64,000 nucleotides of DNA from Gemmatimonadota bacterium (GTDB lineage Bacteria > Gemmatimonadota > Gemmatimonadetes > Gemmatimonadales > GWC2-71-9). Under the pieces are notes generated by a model, which did not search any database, had not been told where the DNA came from, and was given only the letters and a program-made list of their open reading frames with translations. Position 1 is the stretch's first letter. Every line of letters begins with the position of its first letter. Where the stretch lies: the NCBI GenBank assembly GCA_036679645.1, contig JAZDCY010000074.1:35069-99068 (forward strand), read 5' to 3'. The translations under genes were made by a program, and so were the position numbers. Shown piece by piece: positions 55,965 through 64,000 of this stretch.

Positions 55965-58758
55965 ATGCGACGTCTGTCCGTCTTGTCCGTCCTGTATGCC
56001 CTGTCCGTCCCCGGTATCCTCGCCGCCCAACGTCCGCTCGATCACGACGCCTACGAGATATGGCGGACCATCGACGATGAGGTTCTGTCCCGCGACGGAC
56101 GGTGGGTAGCGTACGCGTTGACGCTGGAGCGCGGCGACCCCGAGCTGCGCGTCCGCGCCACGGGTGATACCACCGAGTTCGTCGTTGAGCGTGGCCGCGA
56201 GCCGGCGTTCAGCCCGGATGGACGTTTCGTGGTGTTCGATATCAAGCCCAACGTCGATTCCGTGCGCGCGGCAAAGCGCGCCAAGGCCAAGCCCGCGGAC
56301 TTGCCCAAAGATTCGTTGGGCATTCTCGATCTCACGACCGGCGATGTCACGCGAGTGGCGCGAGTCCGGTCTTTCCGCGTACCGGAGGATGCCGGTGCAT
56401 GGGTAGCCTACCATCTCGAGCGGGTGGTGGCCGCGGATCCCGACAGCACGATGGGAGATACGACGGCGGTTGTGGACGCGGACACCACGGTGAAGCCAAA
56501 GAAGGATTCCGATGTGGGAACGACGCTCGTGCTGCGCGATCTCCGCTCCGGCATAGAGCATCGGTATGACAACGTCGCCGACTACCGTTTTGCCGACGAC
56601 GGGTCGCGCCTCGCGCTCACGCTGTCGAGCCGGATGGGTGATGAGGACGGCGTCGTCGTGCTCTCTCTAGGTGACGAGGTCGACGTGCTCCGTGTGGCTG
56701 CCGGTCGTGGAGACTACACGTCACCGCGGTTCGACGATGCGGGCCGCCAGTTGGCGTTCCTCACCGACCGCGACGAGGCCGAGAACGAGCATCCCAAGTA
56801 CGCGCTCTACGCGTGGCGCGCTGGATCGGATGACGCGCGGCGCGTGGCAGCGGTTGGGAGCGACGGCATGCCTAGCGGCTGGACGGTTAGCGAGCGCCGC
56901 GACCCCACGTTCTCGGACAACGGTGAGCGTATCTATTTTGGCACGGCACCCTGGGTCGAGCCGGCGCCCGAGGACTCGACGCTCGAGGAGGATCGCGTTA
57001 CCGTCGACATCTGGCACTGGCGGGATGCCGCGTTACAGCCCGAGCAACTGCTCCAGGCAGACGGGGAACGGCATCGCAATTACCTGGCGGTCGTGCATCT
57101 CGATCGCGAACGCGTCGTGCAACTCGCACAACTCGACATGCGAGAGGTCCGTCTCAACGACGGGAACGCTGATGTCGTGATCGGTGAATCGGAGATGCCG
57201 TACCGCATCGAGCGGTCGTGGGATTTCCCGACGTACCGCGATCTCTATGCGGTGGATGTACGGACCGGCGACCGCCGGCTGATGGCCGAACGCGCGCAGG
57301 GTCGAGGATTCGTCTCGCCCAATGGACGCTACGTCCTGTGGTACGATCGTGATGTGAATGCGTGGATGACGCGACCGACTGACGGGGGCCCCGCGGTCAA
57401 TGCTTCGGCCGGCATCCCGTTCCCACTGTACGACGAGGAACACGATCGGCCGTTTCCCGCCGCCCCCTATGGATGGGAATCGTGGACGTCTGACAGCCGG
57501 TGGGTCGTGATCTACGATCGCTACGATGTATGGGCGATCGATCCCCGAGGCCGCGAGGCGCCGCGCAACGTGACGGAAGGGGCCGGGCGGCGCGAACACC
57601 TCCGGTTCCGCTACGTCGTGCTCGACCGTGAGCAACGGAGCATCCCGACCAACGAGCCGATGTTGCTGTCGGCATTCGACGAGCGCGACAAGCGAGCGGG
57701 CTTCTATCGCGACCGCTTCCGTGGCAGCGACGAACCGGAGCAACTCGTGTTCTCGGCTCACCGCTACAGCCGTCCCGCCATGGCCGCGGACGGCGAAATG
57801 TTGCTCTACACGCGCCAATCGGTTGCCGAATTCCCCAACCTGTGGGTAGCTGATCTAGACTTCGCGCGAGCGCATCTAGTCACAAATGCGAATCCCCAGC
57901 AATCGGAGTACCGCTGGGCGACGGTCGAGTTGATCGAATGGCGTTCCGACAACGGGACTCCACTTCAGGGATTGCTGTACACGCCGGACGACTTCGATCC
58001 CTCCCGCCAGTACCCGATGATGGTGTATTTCTACGAGCGCAGTTCGCAGAACCTGCATACGCACTATCCACCGTTTGCGCACCGCTCCGTCATCCGGCCC
58101 ACGTTCTACGCGAGCCGCGGCTACATCATCTTCATCCCGGACATCGTGTATCGCACGGGATATCCGGGACAGAGTGCGTTGGATGCCGTCATTCCCGGCA
58201 TGCACGAAGTATTGCGGCGTGGGTACGTCGATCCGGAGCGCATCGGCGTGCAGGGGCACAGTTGGGGAGGATATCAGATCGCGTATATGGTGACGCGCAC
58301 GAACATTTTCCGTGCGGCCGCCGGTGGGGCACCCGTCGCGAACATGACGAGCGCCTACGGTGGGATCCGCTGGGGCTCCGGGCGCAGCCGCATGTTCCAG
58401 TACGAGCGGACGCAGAGCCGGATAGGCGGGTCGCTGTGGGAGTATCCGCTGCGCTACATCGAGAACTCACCGGTATTCTGGGCCGATCGGGTCGAAACAC
58501 CGCTCCTCATGATGCATAACGATCACGACACGGCGGTTCCGTGGGAGCAGGGGATCGAGATGTTCGTGGCGTTACGGCGCCTCGGACTGGCCGCTGCCGT
58601 ACCCCAAGCGTCGTGACTGGAACATCCGCATGCAGCAGTTCTTCGATCACTACCTGATGGACGCTCCTGCCCCCCGGTGGTTAGTCGAAGGCGTACCGGC
58701 GACGGAGAAGGGGAGGACTTTGGGGTTGGAACTCATGGAAACTGACCGAAACCGTTAG
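55965..58758 (+). pseudogene. Large S9 family peptidase with frameshift near 58587
   Basis: Signal peptide, propeller, GHSWGG, HNDHDTAV; after RRLG the conserved-looking C-terminus WPLPYPKRRDWNIRMQQFFDHYL...KG..LGLE continues in another frame to TAG 58758. Confidence 0.8.
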
Positions 58759-58768
58759 AACGTGCGCG

Positions 58769-58814
58769 GTAAGCGGTACGCGGGCTTGCGCACGAGTCCC
58801 CGCGTACCGCTTAC
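58769..58814. terminator. 16-bp perfect inverted repeat between convergent genes
   Basis: GTAAGCGGTACGCGGG / CCCGCGTACCGCTTAC. Confidence 0.7.
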
Positions 58815-58817
58815 GTT

Positions 58818-60308
58818 CTAGTTCGTCGCGTCCGCAACCCCTTCCTTGGCGCGCCGCACCATCTCCCGCACCTCCTCCAACAACGCCGGTGCGTCGAACA
58901 CGATCCCGTCCTTGATGGTGAACCGCACGCCGCCCCGGTGCACGACCTGGCCGTTCTCGAACACATCGACGCCCGTGCCGTAGAGCACCTTGAGGTTGTG
59001 CAACGGGTTGCCGTCGACCACGATGAGATCCGCCTCGAAGCCGGGTCGGATCACACCGGTCTCGGCGAGCCCCAACGCACGAGCACCGTTCGAAGTGGCG
59101 TGCTGGATGACCTCGAGCGGATGGAACCCGGCTTCCTGCTGTAGCTCCATCTCGCGAATCGTCGCGAAGCCGTACAGGTGGTAGATGAACCCGGCGTCGG
59201 ATCCCACCGTTACGTTGCCGCCGCGAGTCGCGAACTCCCGCACCCAGTGCATCCAGATGCGGTAGTTGTTGCGCCACATGATCTCGTCCGCGGTCGTCCA
59301 ATCGAAGTGGTACGACCCGTGCCGCGTGGGATCGGGCTCGAAGAACGCGAGCACGTTGGGCATCGCATAATCCTCGAACCACGGCAGATTGCGCGCCCGC
59401 GTGAGATCCCGGTTGGCTTCGTATACGGCGAATGTCGGATCCCATGTAACGCCATGAGCGATCATGCTGTCGATCACCGCTGACAGGAGTTCGGGATCGG
59501 CTTGGCGCCAGAGATCGGCGGCCCAGCGGAAACGATCGATCTCGTTGTCGTAGTTGTAATAGTCCGGGAAATCCTGTATGCCGTTCGGGATTGCGGCATC
59601 TGGAATGCCGTACCAGTGCTCGATCGTGCGCACGCCGACGCGTGCTGCGTCGAGCGCGTCGAATTCCTGGATCTTCATGTCGGTCGCGACGGGCAGGTGA
59701 AGCTGGTGCGCCTCGTCCGCCAATGCCTCCCAGACATCCGGTCGGTTCTGAAACACCTTGAGGCCCTGTGCGCCCCGCCGCGCCACGTCCCGGACACGCT
59801 CCCGCACCTCGTCCGGCGTGTCGGCACGCATGGTGACATAGGGAATAATGGTAGGAGCGGCGATGGCGTTCTCGGCCGACAGGCGCGCATGGTTGACCAT
59901 CGTATCGAGACCCGCGCCAGATCCTGGATCCCGGATGGTGGTGATGCCGTGACCCAGCCAGAGCTTATAGACGTAGTCGCGCGGCAGCGGCTCGCCGTTG
60001 ATGCGGAACATGGTGTGGCCGTGCATGTCTACGATGCCGGGCATCACGGTCATACCGCTGCCGTCGATGATGCGATCTGCCTCGAACGTGCGCTCGGGGC
60101 GGTATCGCTGAAGCTGCGCAATGCGCGATCCCTCGATCACGATGTCGTACGGTCCTCGCGTCGGGTTGCCGGTGCCGTCGATGACGGTCACGTTTCGGAT
60201 CACGAGCCGGTCGTACCGGACGCCGTCAGACGGGGGTGACTGTGCTGCAACGCGCGTGCCGAGCGTAGTCGTCAGCGCGAGCAAGAGCAGAGGACGAACG
60301 AGGTGCAT
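58818..60308 (-). CDS. Amidohydrolase family protein, exported
   Basis: MPGIVDMHGH, GITTIRDPG, TIEH, GSDAG, ADLIVVDGNP; ATG 60308 with signal peptide. Confidence 0.88.
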   Translation of the reverse strand: MHLVRPLLLLALTTTLGTRVAAQSPPSDGVRYDRLVIRNVTVIDGTGNPTRGPYDIVIEGSRIAQLQRYRPERTFEADRIIDGSGMTVMPGIVDMHGHTMFRINGEPLPRDYVYKLWLGHGITTIRDPGSGAGLDTMVNHARLSAENAIAAPTIIPYVTMRADTPDEVRERVRDVARRGAQGLKVFQNRPDVWEALADEAHQLHLPVATDMKIQEFDALDAARVGVRTIEHWYGIPDAAIPNGIQDFPDYYNYDNEIDRFRWAADLWRQADPELLSAVIDSMIAHGVTWDPTFAVYEANRDLTRARNLPWFEDYAMPNVLAFFEPDPTRHGSYHFDWTTADEIMWRNNYRIWMHWVREFATRGGNVTVGSDAGFIYHLYGFATIREMELQQEAGFHPLEVIQHATSNGARALGLAETGVIRPGFEADLIVVDGNPLHNLKVLYGTGVDVFENGQVVHRGGVRFTIKDGIVFDAPALLEEVREMVRRAKEGVADATN

Positions 60309-60434
60309 GTATGCCTTCTGGTGCGGGACTGCACAAAGATGGCCCCACTGCGCCCGCAGGTCCACACCGCGGCGCCGGTTGGGCAGGCCGGGAACACTTG
60401 ACCTTCTTGCCTGCATTCTGGTATTAGAGACTAC

Positions 60435-61322
60435 ATGCGACGCCTCCTCACGCTCGTCGTTGTCGGCCTGCTCGTACCTCACGGGGTGACGGCGCAAGAG
60501 ATCGACGTCTCCTGGGCTCCGCACGCGCCGGTGCAGGGCGAATTCGCATATGTCGTGCTCGTGCCGAGCCACGAGATTCGTGCGGTGCGTGGGGCGCTGG
60601 ACCGCACGCCGCTCTACTTCGAGTCGGACGGCGACCGCTATGTGGCGCTCGCCGCCGTGCGATTGAGCGCGCCCGACTCCGTCATCCTAGCGCTCTGGCT
60701 CGAGGATGTGTCGGGAGAGGTCACGACGGTCGAGCGGGCCCTACCTGTCCGGCGCGGTCAGTTCACAACCGAGCGGCTGACGGTCGATCCGCGGTTCTCC
60801 AACCAGCCGGATTCCGCGCTGGCCGTCCGGGTGCGCGACGAGGTCCGGCGTGCCGGGCTGGTGGCGCGGCGCGCGCTCGAGACGCCGCGGCTCTGGCGTG
60901 AACCGTTTCTCACCCCGCTGATCGGTCGGGTTACGAGTCCCTACGGGAAAGGCAGGATCTTCAACGGGGAGCTGCAAAGTCGTCACTGGGGGACTGATTT
61001 CGATGGCGACGTGGGGGAGGCGGTGCGCGTGGCCAACCGGGGCGTGGTCGAACTCGTCGATGCGTTCTACTATGGGGGGAACGTGGTGTACGTGAATCAC
61101 GGCGCCGGCCTCGTGACGGCCTATATGCACCTGAGCGCCGCCCTCGTCGCCCGCGGTGACACGGTACAGCGGGGGCAGGTGATCGGGCGGGTCGGGCAGA
61201 CCGGTCGTGTTACGGGACCGCACCTCCATTGGTCGGTCCGGTTTGGGCGCGCGACTGTGAACGGGCTCTCGCTGCTCGAGCTACCGCCGAGCACGCGAGT
61301 CGAGACAGCGGCGTCGCCGTAA
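60435..61322 (+). CDS. M23 family metallopeptidase
   Basis: HWGTD, YMHLS, TGPHLHW; signal peptide. Confidence 0.92.
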   Translation: MRRLLTLVVVGLLVPHGVTAQEIDVSWAPHAPVQGEFAYVVLVPSHEIRAVRGALDRTPLYFESDGDRYVALAAVRLSAPDSVILALWLEDVSGEVTTVERALPVRRGQFTTERLTVDPRFSNQPDSALAVRVRDEVRRAGLVARRALETPRLWREPFLTPLIGRVTSPYGKGRIFNGELQSRHWGTDFDGDVGEAVRVANRGVVELVDAFYYGGNVVYVNHGAGLVTAYMHLSAALVARGDTVQRGQVIGRVGQTGRVTGPHLHWSVRFGRATVNGLSLLELPPSTRVETAASP

Positions 61323-61336
61323 GAGAATGAGGTCGC

Positions 61337-61366
61337 TTGCACGCGCGGCCCGCTCCCGTGTATCAT
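61337..61366 (+). promoter_or_regulatory. Putative promoter of the sdh operon
   Basis: TTGCAC-18 bp-TATCAT. Confidence 0.4.
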
Positions 61367-61448
61367 CCCAACTGCCGCTGCGGCATCTGCGAAGTGCCCT
61401 GCGTGCGATGATTCAATTCCCAGCCACCAGCCCTCTTACGGAACAGGA

Positions 61449-62126
61449 ATGCTCCGGGTCATAACATTGTACCGCTCATCCGTCGGCAAGAAGGTGCTGA
61501 TGGCGGTGAGTGGTCTGGTGTGGGTTGGTTTTGTCGTTGCGCACATGGTCGGCAACCTGAAGGCGTTCCAGGGAGCCGAGAAGATCGACGCGTACGCCGA
61601 GTTTCTGCGCGAAGTGGGCGCGCCGGCGTTTGGGCACGGGGAATTGCTCTGGATTGGGAGGGCCGTCATGATCGTGGCTTTCTTCGCGCATACGTTGCTG
61701 GCCTATCAGACGACGCGCCTCTCACGGCAAGCACGACCCGTGTCGTACCACCGGACGCCGCATATGGAAATGGCGTTCGCCTCGCGGACGATGCGGTGGG
61801 GTGGGGTCTTTCTCCTGCTCTTCGTCGTGTATCACCTCATGCACTTCACGTTCGGCAACGTGCATCCCGATTTTCAACCGGGCCGTGTTCATCACAACCT
61901 AGTCGCAGGGTTCCAATCGACTCCGATTGCGCTCGTTTACATTGCGGCCGTGATCGCATTGGGATTCCATTTGTACCACGGGGTGTGGTCCGTCTTCCAA
62001 ACTCTCGGTGCTAACCACCCGCGGTACAATCGGATCCGGCGTCCGCTGGCGGCGCTCGTCGCCATTACGGTCACCGCAGGGTTTGCCTCTGTTCCGGTCG
62101 GTGTGTTGACCGGCGTAATCTCCTAG
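61449..62126 (+). CDS. sdhC: Succinate dehydrogenase/fumarate reductase cytochrome b subunit
   Basis: SSVGKKVLMAVSG, HMVGNL, ASRTM, YHLMH, HLYHG..S.FQTLG; five TM segments. Confidence 0.92.
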   Translation: MLRVITLYRSSVGKKVLMAVSGLVWVGFVVAHMVGNLKAFQGAEKIDAYAEFLREVGAPAFGHGELLWIGRAVMIVAFFAHTLLAYQTTRLSRQARPVSYHRTPHMEMAFASRTMRWGGVFLLLFVVYHLMHFTFGNVHPDFQPGRVHHNLVAGFQSTPIALVYIAAVIALGFHLYHGVWSVFQTLGANHPRYNRIRRPLAALVAITVTAGFASVPVGVLTGVIS

Positions 62127-62147
62127 ACGACCGGGGAGTCACGTCGC

Positions 62148-64000
62148 ATGGAGCTCCGATCGAAGATTCCATCCGGACCGATCCAGGAGGCGTGGGATCG
62201 CCATCAGTTCGAGATGAAGTTGGTCAATCCCGCCAACAAGCGGAAATACGATGTCATCGTCGTGGGAACGGGCCTGGCGGGCGCGTCTGCCGCGGCCACG
62301 CTGGGTGAGCTGGGATACAACGTGCAGTGTTTCTGCTTTCAGGACAGCCCGCGACGTGCGCACAGCATCGCGGCGCAGGGTGGGATCAACGCCGCCAAGA
62401 ACTACCAGAACGACGGCGATAGCATCTTCCGACTCTTCTACGATACGGTGAAAGGCGGTGATTTCCGCTCGCGTGAAGCGAATGTGTACCGGCTCGCGCA
62501 GATCAGCCTGAGCATCATCGATCAGTGTGCTGCGCAAGGTGTCCCGTTTGCGCGCGAGTACGGCGGACAGCTCGCGAACCGGTCATTTGGCGGGGCACAG
62601 GTTTCGCGCACGTTCTATGCGCGTGGGCAGACCGGCCAGCAGCTCTTGTTGGGTGCCTACCAGGCGCTGGCGCGCCAGATTGCCGCCAAGAAGGTCGCGA
62701 TGTTCCCGCGCACCGAGTTGCTGGACATCGTCGTGATCGACGGGCGGGCGCGCGGCATCGTGGTGCGGGACTTGGTGACGGGAAAGGTGTCGTCGCATGC
62801 CGCGCATGCCGTGGTGCTCGCGACCGGTGGCTACATCAATGTCTTTTATCTGTCGACGAACGCCAAAGGGTGTAACGTGACGGCAACATGGCGAGCGTAC
62901 AAGCGCGGTGCCGCGTTTGCCAATCCCTGCTACACACAAATCCACCCGACATGTATTCCCCAGAGCGGCGACTACCAGTCGAAGCTCACCCTCATGAGCG
63001 AGTCGCTGCGCAACGACGGACGGATCTGGGTGCCGAGTAAGCCGGGTGACGCGCGTCGCGCCGCGAATATTCCGAACGACGAGCGCGACTACTACCTCGA
63101 GCGTCTCTATCCGAGCTTCGGTAATCTGACACCCCGCGACGTAGCGTCACGGCGCTCCAAGGAGATGGTCGATAACGGGCACGGGGTTGGGGAAGCGCAG
63201 AACGGTGTCTTTCTCGATTTCCGCGACGCGATCCAACGCTTGGGCCGCGACGTGATTGCCGATCGGTATGGCAACCTGTTCGACATGTACGTGCAGATCA
63301 CGGGAGAGAACCCGTACGAGGTGCCCATGCGGATCTACCCCGCGCCGCACTACGCCATGGGCGGGCTCTGGGTCGACTACAATCTCATGAGCACGGTCCC
63401 CGGTCTCCATGTGCTCGGTGAAGCAAACTTCTCGGATCACGGTGCCAACCGGCTAGGCGCAAGCGCGCTGATGCAGGGACTCGCCGACGGGTATTTCGTG
63501 CTGCCGTATACCATTGGCGATTACCTCGCGCGGGGCGGTCTCGACGATGTCGATGCCGGGCACGCCGCCTTCCGGCAGGTCGAGGCCGAGGTCGGAGACC
63601 GCGTGAAGAAGCTGCTGGATGTGAACGGCACCACGACCGCAGATACGTTCCACCGTGAACTGGGCCGCGTGATGTGGGAGAAGTGCGGGATGGCGCGCTC
63701 CGCGGTCGAGCTGCGGGAGGCGCTGGACACGATTCCGAATATCCGGGAGCGATTCTGGCACGACGTGAAGATCACCGGCACAGGTAGCTCCCTGAACCAG
63801 GAGTTGGAGAAGGCGGGCCGCGTGGCCGATTTTCTCGAGTTCGCCGAGCTGGTCTGTCTCGACGCCCTGCGCCGGGACGAGTCATGCGGCGGCCACTTCC
63901 GTGTGGAGCACCAAACGGAGGAGGGCGAGGCGCGGCGCGACGACGAGCGATTTGCGTACGTGGCGGCGTGGGAGTACACGGGCGCCGACAGCGAACCTGT
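62148..64000 (+). CDS. sdhA: Succinate dehydrogenase/fumarate reductase flavoprotein subunit (runs off window end)
   Basis: Manual translation: [11 protein letters not shown]...VVGTGLAGA...[14 protein letters not shown]...QIHPT...HYAMGG...[11 protein letters not shown]...ESCGGHFR. Confidence 0.95.
   Translation, partial: MELRSKIPSGPIQEAWDRHQFEMKLVNPANKRKYDVIVVGTGLAGASAAATLGELGYNVQCFCFQDSPRRAHSIAAQGGINAAKNYQNDGDSIFRLFYDTVKGGDFRSREANVYRLAQISLSIIDQCAAQGVPFAREYGGQLANRSFGGAQVSRTFYARGQTGQQLLLGAYQALARQIAAKKVAMFPRTELLDIVVIDGRARGIVVRDLVTGKVSSHAAHAVVLATGGYINVFYLSTNAKGCNVTATWRAYKRGAAFANPCYTQIHPTCIPQSGDYQSKLTLMSESLRNDGRIWVPSKPGDARRAANIPNDERDYYLERLYPSFGNLTPRDVASRRSKEMVDNGHGVGEAQNGVFLDFRDAIQRLGRDVIADRYGNLFDMYVQITGENPYEVPMRIYPAPHYAMGGLWVDYNLMSTVPGLHVLGEANFSDHGANRLGASALMQGLADGYFVLPYTIGDYLARGGLDDVDAGHAAFRQVEAEVGDRVKKLLDVNGTTTADTFHRELGRVMWEKCGMARSAVELREALDTIPNIRERFWHDVKITGTGSSLNQELEKAGRVADFLEFAELVCLDALRRDESCGGHFRVEHQTEEGEARRDDERFAYVAAWEYTGADSEP

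Noticed and set aside
1..64000. tRNA, rRNA, IS elements, integrases or prophage genes
   Set aside because: None recognised by eye in the ORFs or the short intergenic regions; tRNAscan-SE and ISEScan would be needed to exclude them formally.

Overview
GC-rich bacterial chromosomal segment. Gene content and protein style suggest Gemmatimonadota; this is an inference, not a tested assignment. It is mostly housekeeping and hydrolase genes: thiO-like oxidase (partial), glycosyltransferases, a hybrid histidine kinase, oppBCDF-type ABC genes, gcvH/gcvP with a lipoyl/octanoyl transferase, coaE, tdk, HU, folE, acyl-CoA ligase, pyrimidine-nucleoside phosphorylase, several peptidases/amidohydrolases and sdhC/sdhA (partial). 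I saw no tRNA, rRNA, CRISPR array or transposase. Main points: (1) an archaeal-style nurA-herA-[exported protein]-mre11/sbcD-rad50/sbcC-GNAT cluster in one tightly coupled operon; (2) probable CTG start codons overlapping the upstream TGA (CTGA) in three genes, one supported by a restored lipoprotein signal peptide; (3) an unannotated 6S-like RNA upstream of folE; (4) several degenerate enzyme folds (DEAD-box helicase, Trm112-methyltransferase, GT2); (5) frameshifts, three of them apparently deletions of about a dozen codons, that may be assembly artefacts or real decay; (6) three families of short-period (7, 8, 12 bp) intergenic hairpin repeats. All functional calls rest on motif recognition by eye; no searches were run.
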